64,000 nucleotides of DNA from the human T2T-CHM13v2.0 reference genome, Homo sapiens. The stretch lies in NCBI RefSeq assembly GCF_009914755.1, contig NC_060944.1. One strand, given 5' to 3'. The notes under the pieces are model-generated. The model ran no database searches and was not told the origin of the DNA. It saw only the letters and a program-made list of their open reading frames with translations. How positions within the stretch are numbered: position 1 is the first letter of the stretch; each line of letters begins with the position of its first letter. This document shows positions 24,185 through 43,036 of the stretch, in pieces. The translations under genes and the position numbers were made by a program.

Positions 24185-25549
24185 TTATAAGGCAGTGTCC
24201 ATTCCCCTGCAGCCACTCCCACCCTCTTCCATCCTGAAGCAGTGTTCTCATTGCTGATAGATGAAAGAAAACTGGGACCTCCTTGTCCATAAACTTGAAG
24301 TGAGTCTAAACGTGTAAGATTTTCAGCCTGGGTTTCAAAAATGCATGTGAAGAAAAGTCTAGTGAACCTGACTGTGGTTAACTTGGAGATTTAATTACCT
24401 GAGAGAAGAGAGAGAGTGAATACCTTTGGCTGCCAGAGGCTTGGTACGCCTTGCTTTTGGCATTTGTTTTTTCGTCATTATAGCTTTGGTTGCTAGTCTT
24501 CAATAAGGCTGCAGTGATCATAATGATAATGTTGTTCACAGGCACCCTGTAAGACCTCATTTACATAGGCTAATAGGGCTGGAGAAGCTCAAGCAAAAAT
24601 TAATAATGATTAACTGTGTTTTTATTTGACTTTCAATTGTGATTTTCTTTTTTAATTGCCGATGCACTTCCATAAATAGAGTCAACTTTTAGTTCTCACC
24701 TGAGTGTAGGTAAATGGGAGGAAGTGGTGAGTGGAAGGGGAAAGCCAAATTGATATTAAATATTCCCATAACCTTTAATCACAAATGCAAATTCGTGTTT
24801 ACTCAGATAGGGAATTGAAAGTTCTTGATGTCATATGGGATCACGTATTAGGATTTGAGCATTATGCAGAGTAATTTGAATTTGTATTCATCAAAATACT
24901 GTGAACTAAATATATTTAATTGTATATTATTCCAGAAACCTTCATTTTAAATCTGTAGGTACCTAAGGACAACATGTTAAAATATTCTTGCATTATGATA
25001 AAAAATGGTATTCTAGGAATTTCTAAATAGTTTTCATTGAAGCAACTTAGACTTATTACTGATTCTTGATATCACAGAAAAATTAATGTGTATAATAGTT
25101 GAGATTATTATTCTTTACATTTCTCCCTTGAACTAATTAACTGGTAACTTAATTTTTCTTCTCCTATCCTCTCCATACATTGAATTCCAGAAATTTATAA
25201 TAATAGCAAAACAAAAACAAAAACAAAAAAACCTCATCTGTAACATGAGTACCATCTAGAATAATGAAAGAAATTTTACCTGTATGATTTAAGTATTTGC
25301 CTTCTTGTAAATATTATTATGGAAAGTGTTAACAGAAATGATTTCTGATGTCTAAGCAAGGACTGGTTTTCTACTTTTTCACCTTGTAGGGTGGGGGTGG
25401 GGGCAGTGGTACAGGGGAAGATGTTAATAAGTTAGGGTTAAGCAACTCTTTTACAGTTACACTATGACACAAGAGGGCACAACAACACCCCTAAATCTCT
25501 AAGGCTGGTTGTTGCCATAGGCTGGAGAGCAGAGAGGAAAAATAACTAG

Positions 25550-25710
25550 TTTTAGAGACAGATAAACTGGAGTTTGAATTCCATTTTGGCATTTGCAAGC
25601 TATATGATTGTGTGAAAATTAGTTACCCTTTATAACCTTTATTGTATTCATTTGTATAATAGAAAAAAATATTTTACCAGATTGATGTGAATATTAAATG
25701 AATGAGAATT
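25550..25710 (+). mobile_element. MIR (diverged)
   Basis: ggagtttgaattccat ... gtattcatttgtataatag ... gatgtgaatattaaatga. Confidence 0.5.
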
Positions 25711-25724
25711 TCCAGTTGTCTACC

Positions 25725-26050
25725 TCTGTGTGTTGTTACATATCAATTCCATGAGAGTAACACAACCTGACTCCACAGGAAAGAACAGTGGAAACCTCCT
25801 GTTTGAGATCTCCCAGGCTCCTCCCTATGCATCACTTCAATGGGTTGAGTTTGATCAGTGTCCTTTCCCTCTAAAAAGTCATAGCTGTGAGGATAGTAGC
25901 TTTCAGTGAGCTCCGTGAGTCCTACTAGCAAATTATCAACCTGAAGGTGTTTTTGGGGACCCCTCTTCCCAAACATGCAGTTGGTATTAGAAGTGAGGAC
26001 CTTCTTGGAGAATGTGCCCACAAACATGGCTATCTGGCTAACTTTTAGCA
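25725..26050 (+). mobile_element. ERVL LTR 3' part (MER21/MER77-like)
   Basis: ccaggctcctccctatgcatcacttc ... gtgagctccgtgagtcctactagcaaattatcaacctgaagg ... ggggacccct ... agaagtgagg. Confidence 0.6.
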
Positions 26051-26269
26051 CAAATGAAAACCAAGGTTCTTCACTGTACCCTCTACTAGGCATGCCAAAC
26101 ATTTTTTTAGGCCAATTCCACAGACTTTTCTTGGAGAAACTTGCCAAAGGTTTAGAAGGGACTAATAATCTCAAATAACATGTGGCTTCAGAACCCTGAT
26201 ACATCTGGTACAAACAGGTGGAAGACATTTTAGTGCAGTGAAAATGGTCTAATGTGATTTGGAATATAG

Positions 26270-26626
26270 GCACAGAGAAAAAGAGACTCTGTTAGTTGGT
26301 GTTGGGTGCTTAAATTAGGAGATCATCTGGCCTTGAAGCTGAAGCTCAAACTGAGGCAGCCATAATGGTCCATGTGCAGCAGAGTGTAGAAACAGAGAAC
26401 ATGAAGAAGAAAAGCAACTTGAAGGGAGAAACAGAACCAGAAGCCAAGGCTTGGCAGGATGAGAGCAGTGCAGAATTGATCACTTTACAGGACTTGCAAG
26501 ACCCATTATTTCTCCCTGTGTTTCCTTATCATAATTTTCCTCTGTCTCTTCCAAACACCCTGTACCTAAGCATAAGTGTGAGGGTTTTCTCATTTCTTGT
26601 AATCAAGAGAGTGTTAATGAAGACAT
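26270..26626 (+). mobile_element. Old MaLR LTR 3' part (MLT1K/L-like)
   Basis: Ends gggttttctcatttcttgtaatcaagagagtgttaatgaagaca, typical of the MLT1K/L 3' terminus. Confidence 0.45.
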
Positions 26627-26926
26627 TCTGAATGAGGCTTATGTGATTTAAAAATTGCTACAAAAGAGAATGTGTTAATATTTATATTCAAATTGCTAAA
26701 ACACGTATCAAAATATCTATATATATATTCCAAAGATATCAGAAATAATTTAGAATGGGGGATTCTTTTTTCTTAAGTGAAAAATTTAACTTCAGAAGTA
26801 TTTAAAAGAATGTAAGAAATGCATAGTAATACAGCAAGAATATGCCATTTTACATATTTTTAAATAATACATTGCATTGAAATACTGGTAATATCCTTTG
26901 TTAAAGAGGTTGTGGTAAAAACATAA

Positions 26927-28781
<1,855 letters not shown>

Positions 28782-29174
28782 ATACACTCATTCAGTATTG
28801 GAGATTGTAATATGACACTATTCTTTTGGAAAACAATTTGACAACATGTTTTAAGCTGTAAATAAAATTATATCTATCGGCCCAGTAATCCCACTCCTAG
28901 GAACTTAAATGTAAATTTTAAAAAAGAAAAAGTTTTAGGCATAAAGACATACAATTTAAATACAAAAATATGAAGCTACTTTATTCTCAGAAGGGACTAG
29001 AGGAATAAGTTACTTTCACTGAAATTGATGGATTATTATGCAGCCATTACATGAGAATTATTAAGATTATGTAGCAACAAGAAAAATTGCTTATATTCAT
29101 GACACAAAATGAAAAATAATGGAGAATATAAAGTTGTATCTGTACCATGATAGAACTACATAGTAATATGTACT

Positions 29175-29330
29175 AGTACTAATTTATCAATTGTGCACTA
29201 GTTTTGTACTTTAGGTGCATGATTTACTCAAGTTTCACAACCACACTAACAGGTGACACTAATATTATTCCATTTTACAAATGAGAAATTTAGACACAGA
29301 CAGTTTAAGTGACCTGAAGTTTCATAGTTG
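29175..29330 (-). mobile_element. MIR SINE
   Basis: attattccattttacaaatgagaaatttagacacagacagtttaagtgacctg. Confidence 0.7.
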
Positions 29331-29339
29331 GGACTGATG

Positions 29340-30095
29340 TTCTGTTTCAACCCAACTGATCTAATGCCAACTGGAGTACTATAATACAATTCTGATGCAT
29401 TAACCCACTGGAGTTGACATCAGACTCCACAAGTTAAAGGCTCAGTCATCCGCAAGACTCTCTTTAATTCAGATGCCATTTGTACTTTGCCATCTGTACT
29501 TGAGCCTGGGAAGGCCACTTGCACTTATAACCAACTGGCTATAAATATCGAGGTTCCCACAACCCCCTCATGTATGTTAATTTGGTAGATCAACTCAGAT
29601 AATTGCTACACCTATAATTACAGTTTATTATAAAAAATACAGATGAGAAACAGCCAAATGAAGAGACATACAGGATAAGGTTGGGTGGAGGGACCAAGAG
29701 CTTCCATGCCCTCTCCTTGTAAAATCTGGGTGCATCTTCCCAGCACATCAATGCATACACCACCTGGAAAGCTCCAATGAACCTTAGTGTCCATAATTTT
29801 TATTGAGGTTTCATTACATAGACAAGATTGATTAAATAATTGGCCACATGATTAAACTCAATCTCTAGTCCTTGCCCCTTCTTGGAGATTAGGCTGGTCC
29901 AAAGTTTCAACTCTTTAATCATGTGGTTGGCCTTCCTGGTGACCAGTCCCCTGAAATAATCTAGCAGCTCAGCATGAGTGACTTTATCATTAATAATAAC
30001 AAAGACAATACTATCACTTACGAAATTCCAAGGGCTTCAAAAGTTTCAAGCCAAGAACTGGGGACAAATACCATTTATATTCTCTATTATACCAC
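29340..30095 (-). mobile_element. MER21 (B-like) ERVL LTR
   Basis: cagactccacaagttaaaggctcagtc ... accaactggctataaat..gaggttcccacaaccccctc ... gattaaataattggcca ... gaaattccaaggg ... tattataccaca. Confidence 0.8.
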
Positions 30096-30374
30096 AAGTC
30101 CCTTTCAGGAATTAGGAAAATTTATTTTTTATTCTTGTGCAAGCATTAGGCCCCTATAAAATAATTATGATCTAATAAACAAACAAACAAACAAAAACAC
30201 TGGGTTCTAACTCTGTTCTAACCTTTCCAAGCTCTAGTTCTAGTAATTTACAAGCACTGGTGTTCTCACCTTCCTGGGCTCAGACTTTTCTTCTGTAATG
30301 ACTCCTTAAATGATATTAGGTGTTGCTTCAACTTCCTATCTTCCATCACTCTTGGTTTTTTTTTTCTTTGAGCA

Positions 30375-30626
30375 TGGCTTACATTATAATTGGATTTAGC
30401 CCAGATATCAGGAGTCACTGGGTTCAAACCTTATCTTCATCATTTGTAACCTTTGTGATCTTGAGCCAGTTACTTAACCTCTTGGTGCCTCAGTTTTCTC
30501 ATTTGTAAAAATGTGAGAATAATAGTGCTTCCTTCACAGTATTGCTGAGAGAATAAGATGTAATTATGCAGGTAAAGACTTTATCACTTATTCTGGCATA
30601 AGTATAGTAAGGACTCAATAAATGTT
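30375..30626 (+). mobile_element. MIR SINE
   Basis: ctgggttcaaacc ... gtgatcttgagccagttacttaacctcttggtgcctcagttttctcatttgtaaaa ... ctcaataaatgtt. Confidence 0.8.
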
Positions 30627-30774
30627 CTCAAAAGTAATTTATAATGTATCAAAATTTTATAGGATTTTAAGTCAAATCTCTCCAGTATAAAAGTTGAATA
30701 TATCAAGGGTCTATAGAACTTCATTCTTGATAAAAATACCAGGCATATTAACAATGACCTATAATTTAAACAAT

Positions 30775-31063
30775 AGCCAGGTGTGATGGCTCATGTCCGT
30801 AATCCCAACACTTTGGGAGGCTGAGGTGGGCAGATCACTTGAGGTCAGGAGTTTTGAGACCAGCCTGACCAATATGGCTAAACTCTGTCTCTACTGAAAG
30901 TACAAAAATTAGCTGGGCATGATGGTGTACACCTGTAATCCCAGCTCCTCAGGAGGCTGAGGCATGAGAATCACTTGAACCTGGGAGGCAGAGATTGTAG
31001 TGAGCTGCGACTGCACCACTGCACTCCAACCTGGGCCAAAAAGCGAGACTATCTCAAAAAAAA
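30775..31063 (+). mobile_element. AluS (Sx/Sz-like)
   Basis: Full dimeric Alu with cagatcacttgaggtcaggag and a short A tail. Confidence 0.93.
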
Positions 31064-32015
31064 TTTTTACTGTAAATACATATATACAAAATTTTCAGTA
31101 GGAAAATAATGATAATTTGTCCTGTAGCCAAATACTGTTAATTCAGGTTACCTAAGTTTCTGTGAAGAAGAACATGTTATGGATGTTTTTGCTGTCATGA
31201 AAGTATTACAAACTGAATTCAGAATATAACAAACTTACTTTTGTATATAGGTCAGAAAAGGATAACTTGGAAAATCCCTTATATGAACCTTTATATGAAT
31301 AGAAAGAAGATCTGAGCTAGTGACTATCCAATTAGTCTAGATGCACATGTGTACCTACTTAATGAAACCATCTCATCAAAGAGTAAAAAAAAAAGTAGAT
31401 TTGTCTTAGAACAATTCTAGTTTTATCGTTATCCAGCCATGAGACTTTGACTTCTGTAACAAACAAGTTAGAAATAACAGCTAACATAAAATATGTGACT
31501 TGTGACTAAGTGAGAAAGATTATACTATATGATGCTATCCTTAAAATTCAATTATTTCTTTTTTTCTATTTGCTTGACTGTATGCTATAAATACAATTAA
31601 AAGTTTGTCTTAAAATTCAATTTTTTAAAAATAACCAAGAGAACAAGAATATGGTAGCTTTAATAGAAATTTCATTTAAAGCATTCCTTTTGCTTTTTGA
31701 AATTTTGACCTAAAACAACCAGTGTTCCTATTGTGGCAGGTACACAATTTTTAAATTTTTCTTCACTTGTGTCTATGAGATATTAACAGTATTTATAATA
31801 TAGAAATAATCATCATAAATATAATATGACCAATATCCAGATAATTAATAATAATTCCTACACACATTACATGTTTATCCAGTACATATAAGGTACACTA
31901 TCTTTGTACTTTTATTTCTTCTTATCCACGTTTCTTAGAATGTAATACATACAACACTTGGATAAACATAGCAGTAATCCTAATAAGCCTAAACACAATA
32001 TTTTTCTGATGTTGA

Positions 32016-32381
<366 letters not shown>

Positions 32382-32895
32382 CTCAGTCATTTTTTCTTGT
32401 GTTCATTCAGCTAATTCAAAATGAGTGCTCCACCTTCATGATTTTGGACAAAGCAGAATATTAGTTCTGTGAGAAGTTACTGAGCATAGAGATTACCAGT
32501 TGGTAGGAGAGATAAGTAGTATATTTACACGGCTCTAATCAAAGATAGAATGCATTAAAAGATGTAAGTACAAAGTGTTGTAGGAATTTGAACATGAAGG
32601 AGACTTAGGGGGCTTAAGTGATTAGTAAAGATATCTCAATTATTGAATGACTGACAAGGGAGTTTTTAAGTGACATTCTAGAATAATCCTAACTGTTCCT
32701 GGACAAGTGTTTTATCAATTTTTTTTTTAAGTTTTTAACGTTTTATAACATTAATACTTGATCAACAAATAAATATATTGTCAATCTCTCCAAATTTAAT
32801 GGCCAATAAGGAAAGAAAATGCTTAACAGTTAGTTATCATTTTGTTCATATAATTATATATATTCTTCTGCAAGAGATGCTAATTACTTAAAAGT

Positions 32896-33249
32896 TATCT
32901 TAGCTTGGGCTTCTAAAACAAAATACTACAGACTGGGTGACTTAAACAACATTCATTTCTCACAGTTCTGAGGGCTAAGAAGTCCAAGATCAAGATGTCA
33001 GCAGATTTAGTTCTTGGTACTGGCCTGCAGACGGTTGACTTCTCCCTGTGCCCTCCAGATGGCGAAGAAGAAGAGCTCTTGTTCCTTTTTTTTTTTACAA
33101 GGGCATTAATTCCAACATGAATGTGCCACCCTCATTATTTAATCTAACCCTAATTACCTCCCGAAGGCCCCACCTCCAGTACTCTCCCACTGGGGATTAG
33201 GGCTTCAAGATATGAATTTTGGGGTGACACAAACATTTAGTCCATAGCA
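32896..33249 (-). mobile_element. MLT1A0-like MaLR solo LTR
   Basis: aacaaaatactacagactgggtgacttaaacaaca ... aagtccaagatcaag ... gacacaaacatttagtccatagca. TSD aaagt/aaggt. Confidence 0.88.
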
Positions 33250-33997
33250 AAGGTTAAGGATCATTTATTCCTCTTCAACGTGCTATTCTCTTAGTATGGA
33301 TATGAAATAATTTTATGTTAGGGGCCTACGGAAGTGAAAGCTTTATTAGCAACAGCCACCGACCTGATTTTTCACTTAGAAAAACTATACAGTTGGTCTT
33401 AGAATTTAATTAAATTACATTTATAACTTAATGTAATTTAATTCAATCTTAGAGTCTACACAAAGAAGAAACTGCTCATCTTCCATAGTCGTTTCTTTAT
33501 TATTTACTTGCTGACTCATTCATTCCACTGTACATGCATTGATGACTTGATCTTATGAATCAGAACCTTCAACTGAAGAAACTGCTTACTCAGAATGGTA
33601 GATAATTTGGGAGATTTTTTAATTTTTATTTTCTTGGCCATCTAGGAGAATCAATTATATTAAATAATACTCTGGCAGCCATAAAATTATCTGTAGCTCC
33701 CAAAGTAGTCAGCTTAAGGATTGTTTAAAAGAAATGCAATCTAAATATTTTCTTATTGTGTATATATTTATGTGTTAATATATACACAATAATTTCTTAA
33801 TTTATTAATTTATAAGAAATTAATAAATTTTATTAATTTCTTTCCTGCTCTCAAGACTTGGAAGATTTTAGGTCAAGTTATAGTTATCCAAAGACTATAT
33901 AAATCATATATATGCTTTGGTATATATCTATCATCTCTTTCTCTATATATGCACATGTAAAACTTACATCCCTTGTCACTAATTAAAAGAGAATTTA

Positions 33998-36870
<2,873 letters not shown>

Positions 36871-36908
36871 TCAGTTCTATTAAAAAGAACATTTTAAATA
36901 GTTATTCA

Positions 36909-37177
36909 ATTCATTATTAGAAATTAGTCATTCTTACATAATAACCATTTAATGTAGTGATCAAATAAATTGTTGAATGTATAGGAAAAAATTTAAAAAG
37001 ATATTTAAAGCTATGGAATCTGATATAGTGTTGATATGATTATTCATTATTAAAAATTAGTCATTCTTGCATAATAAACAACCATTTAATCTGGTGATCA
37101 AATACATTGTTGAATATATAGGAAAAAAATTTAAAAATATATTTAAAGCTAAGGAATCTGATATAGTGTTGATATGA
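36909..37177. repeat. Tandem duplication of a ~133-bp unit (2 copies)
   Basis: 36909-37039 and 37042-37177 both read attcattatta.aaattagtcattctt.cataata ... ggaatctgatatagtgttgatatga. Confidence 0.92.
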
Positions 37178-37310
37178 GAGAAGAAAGGAAAGGAAATGAG
37201 AGAAGAGAAGAGGGGAAAGGGGAGGGGAGGGGAGGAGCAGGAAAGGAAGGAAGGAAAGAAAGAAGGAAGAAAGGAAAGAAGGAAGGGAGAAAGGGAGGAA
37301 GGGAGGAAGC
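37178..37310. repeat. GA-rich low-complexity polypurine tract
   Basis: (GGAA)n / (GGGGA)n-like run. Confidence 0.9.
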
Positions 37311-39657
37311 CCCTTAGGAATTCATGGTAGTACACAGTTAAGTTGATTTAGTTTCTATTCAGCTACCTGTCTCCCTGTTATTCCTTCGTTTGTTTGTTTT
37401 CTGCTACCACCTCCCACTTCCTTTTTCTTTGTAAAGCTGGGTGTTCCCTCCCTTGAGAATTCCCACAGGATTCAGATGCAGGAGACAAGTGACCATCTGC
37501 TTACTTAGTGGTGACACATGAAATCGTGTGGTGTGCAGGTAGAACCATCCTGTTAAAAAATCTAGGAGTCTCCAATTCAGCAGTCTGTTAAATAGACAAG
37601 AGTAGAGTAAAAGCAAGATGAACAATGAGGGTGAAATAGTATAATCACGTAAACCTATGCATGGTGGAAAACAGACATTTAAAACCCATAAGAGAAAGTT
37701 TCGAAAGGCACCATGGCAATATATTGCTTTTATAGAAAGATGCTATGAGTTGGTGGCAGAAGTGACCAACTGGGAGGGCTTTCTCACTCCATCAGTTTTT
37801 ACCAAATGGAAGAAATAAGACAGTGCCCACTGAGATTGATCAGGAAAGCCAGCTGCACTGTGCATCATTTGACCTGCACTATATAAACTCTTCTGCAGGC
37901 AAACGTTGCCTCCCTCCAGCACTGACCTGCCTGACATGCTCAGATTGTATTGCTGCAAGAGGTAGGGAAAGAAATTTGGACCCACAGACTCATTTGGGAG
38001 CAACTAAAGCTCAAATTTAGTGTAATATAAATAAATACTATAGAAATGGAAGGCAAGATGAATTATCATTATTATCCAGTATTTTTATAGCACTTTATAT
38101 TTTGCAAACGGCTTCACGATCCCATATAATGAATCTGTGGGGGGCTAGCGGATGCATATGTTACAAGCTACAAGGAATAGCAGTTAGCACATCCATTCAT
38201 TATGTTTTGCTTACGTTTTTATTGTCTGATTTGTTTACATGAGCTATCCACTCTTCCTTTCTTTATACTGATTTTTGGAAACTTTGGGTAATTAATAAAT
38301 AATTATAATAGATACATTTAGATGTATTTGGATTTAAATTTCCAGATGTGAGCCTGACTTTATGTGAATATACGGCTGCATAGAATGCAAGCATGAGAAC
38401 TGAGTTAAACTAAGAATATTTGTATTCTTCATAAAACAACCAACATGGACTTCATGATTGTGCTTCTTATTCTTTAAAGATTTTCCGCCTTTCTTACTCT
38501 TGCTGCATTCCTCCATCCCCCTTCCTACTTAGTTAAGCACTGGATGCCCTGCAGCAGTGTATTTTAAAGGCCTTGTGTGTATTGGCCATCTGTCCAGTTT
38601 ACTACAAAGTAGCTCCTCTTCGAAGATTCCTGCCCTATTGTTCCTGTGAACTCACCTGTGTTTGTCAGTACCTGTGCTTTGGCTTTTTGTATAGACCCAG
38701 GTATGCCCCTCTGTCCTTCCCTCTGTAAATATTGTCTAGTTTATTAAGCACCTAGTGTTGGAGAAATGGTTTCCCATGGTTCTGTTACTCTGGTTCTTAT
38801 TGACTATCTTTCCATAAACCAGATCAAAGTCTTAATCCTCACAGGAGTGGAATTCAAAACTTTCTAGGGATTTATTTAATACCAAATTGATGGCTGATTT
38901 GTGAGTAATGTGAATGGTCTCTCAAATCTACCTTTTGATCAGAGCTTTACAAGCCTGTATATAGGCACGTTATCTCCTCCTTTTCCAATGAGATAATAGA
39001 TAGCTTAGAGCCAGCACATAGTAGGCCCTTAATCACTCTGTGCTCACCAATGAAGGGAGCCCCTACTGGGATCCTTCTATGAAGTGGAGGTTGTGAAAGC
39101 ATTACCCTCAAGGTTAAAACCTAGTGTAGACAATGTGACATATAATTGTGTGACCTCAAAAATACATTTGATCCAATTCTAGTAGCTGCAGAACAGGAAA
39201 AAAGAGAAGTCTAAAGTGAGTCATGAGAGAAAAGTTCAAAATCCCAAAGTTTAATTTGTTCACAGCTGTTTTACTGTCAAAGGCAGAAAGAACTTCAACA
39301 GTGCATTTGTTGGAAAGAATCACATTTTACTCTGATTAAGAATATGCTGAGACTTGCTTTTTAGGTCAACTTTATAATTGTACCACACATTAGTTTTTAA
39401 ATAACTGGAAAAATGTTCTGTACTTTTAAATTATTCTTTGGGGCGGGGCGGGGGTCAGAAATTTAAGGCAGATGTTTTAAATTAAAGTTAGTGTTTTATA
39501 GTGAATATAGTTATATTTCTGAATATTGAAAGATCTATGTAAAGATGGTGTAATAAGGAAAGAAAAAATCTTGTTCTTCGTTCAGTAAGCCACAAACTTG
39601 GAGCCTCTCTATCCAAACTTCAAAATCCTAAGCCTTTTTAATAAAAATATTGGAAGA

Positions 39658-40006
<349 letters not shown>

Positions 40007-40826
40007 TTATATCAAAAGAGTTTTTAAATTTGATTTGATAAATTACATTTCTTTAAAAAAGAGAAAATTGATTACATAATTAAAAATTTAACCTGGTTGC
40101 AGTTAAAGGAAGACAAAATGGTCTAAAATTATATCTACTAGGAAAAGCAGTTGAATATATTTCTCTTACCTTTAGCTTATTCTAAGATGAAGGAAAATAA
40201 GGAGAAGTAATTGAAATGTCAGATTCCAGAGTGATTGTTCATTTCAAGTGGACAAAAACCTTTACTTGCTTTAAACTTAAGAGGGAACTACTCAAGTAAT
40301 AGAGATATAGGAATGTAAGATGATGACTGACATGTAGCCAAAGGTGGAGGCAGAAGAGAACAGAGAGGGATTATTATTATTTTTTAAATTTCAGCCATCT
40401 CTGGAACAGAGTATTCATCTTCCCACTCTTGAACATTTTCCAGCTTGGGCCAACTGTGTGTATCCAGTGAGGTCTTGTTTAAGACATTCAGAAGAAAATT
40501 AAGTTATGGAAGTTTCCAATCTCCTTTTTTTCAGTAATTTTTCCCCCCACTAGTATCCTTCCAAAAGCCTCTACCATGCTCTGGGCTTTCTGCTATTAAT
40601 ATCATCTACCAGAAAAATAAGGTGACACTTTTTGTGGAGAATTAACATTTTGATAGAGACATTTAAAAAATGTTCACATATTGTTAAAATAACATTGACA
40701 CATCTTTTTAAAGAAAAGAAATCAAAATCATCCATATTCTCAGTATCAAAATTCAACTGTTGTCCTTTCTTTCTGGCCCTTATTGTTATAGTGTTATCTG
40801 AGCAAAGAAGTAATTGTGAGATCTAA

Positions 40827-41125
40827 TTTTTTGTTTTTAATAGATAGGGTCTTACTCTGTTGCCCAGGCTGGGGAGTATGGTGGTGCAATCATAGCTCAC
40901 TGCAGTCTATAACTCTTAGTCTCAATCAATCCTCCTGCCTCAGCCTCCCAAGTAGCTGGGACTCAGGCACCTGCCACCATGCCTGGCTATTTTTTTTTTT
41001 TATTTCTTAGTTTCTGTAGAGAAGGTGTCTTGCTATGTTGCCCAGGCTGGCATCAAACTCCTGGGTTCAAACAATCCTCCAGCCTCCACCTCCCAGTGTG
41101 CTGACATGAGCCACCATGCCCAGCC
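40827..41125 (-). mobile_element. AluJ
   Basis: aatcatagctcactgcag and tgctatgttgcccaggctgg..tcaaactcctggg J-type motifs. Confidence 0.9.
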
Positions 41126-41239
41126 TGAGGTTTATTTTTGAATATAGCATTATTATGTAAATGCCTCCCATGTTGTCCCATCCTTCATAACTTTCCTGTT
41201 TTGTCTTGACACACTAATCCATCCATTTAATGTCTATAA

Positions 41240-41599
<360 letters not shown>

Positions 41600-42416
41600 C
41601 CAAAAATTACTGATTTTATCAGAAATAGTTTCTACTCATTTTTTTTCTTCTGAATTATTTAATTGTAATAAATTCTCTTGGGAGAATCAAAGCATGATGA
41701 ATATTATTCATTTTTACCATTTTATTTTCTTCAGTGGTATCAATTTGCAGAACTACTAGGTGTTCACTGACATAAGTATCTTTAAATGAACAAATTTTCA
41801 AACACCTTCACAGCAAGCCCAAAGAGCTGATGTACTCTTCAAAGATTTCTACCAAGAAAAAACAAATTCAGGATCTTCTAAGTATAGAAGGGTTTTACAT
41901 TTTTTTTTCTAATTCTATCTTCTCCTATGAAAGCCCTGATTATAAAATTATAAAAGCAAAGATTTTTTTGTTTGCTTTGTTTTTTTTAAACAATATATAT
42001 TGTGGACCTGAGGAATCTGACATTCCCTTATGTCCACGAAGAAATTATGTCATTTATTTGTTACTCTGATTCTTCTGCATTAAAAATACCACATGTATAC
42101 GTTAGAAGCAATTTCAGTATTTTTTGTCATAATTGCAATGAGAAGATAAATACCTTTTTAAACTATATTTTATATATTTTTTTCAATTTTAGAGGTCTCA
42201 CAGTTTTTCTAAAATGTCCTATTAGAAGTGAAGGGATCACTTTGGTCCTCATTTGTTTCCACAGCATTTTTTCAACCTAAGGTTTTCTTTCAGCCAGAGG
42301 ACCATAAAACACATTTCTCAAAATATATTGTAGGGAACACTACTAGTATCTTGAGATGAAATTGTCATATGGAAAAGAAAAAGATCCAATGGAACTATAA
42401 AATGCATTCATAAACT

Positions 42417-42585
42417 CATTGGTTCTGAAAATGTGGTTGCTGGACCATCAGAATCCATATCCCTTGGGAACTTCTTAGGAATGCAGACTCTCAGGCCCAC
42501 CCCCGCCTACTGAGTAAGAACACTAAGGAGGCAGAGCCATCAATTGGTGTTCTTTAACAACCCTCCAGGTAGTTATGCTTTTCTA
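42417..42585 (+). mobile_element. MER5A fossil
   Basis: tggttctgaaaatgtggt..ctggacca ... gggaacttcttaggaatgcagactctcaggcccaccc..cctactga ... ttaacaaccctccaggt. Confidence 0.75.
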
Positions 42586-42597
42586 AGTAATTTGTAA

Positions 42598-43036
<439 letters not shown>

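Noticed and set aside
25743-26273. 176-aa minus-strand ORF
   Set aside because: Largely antisense to a MER21-like LTR; no recognisable domain.
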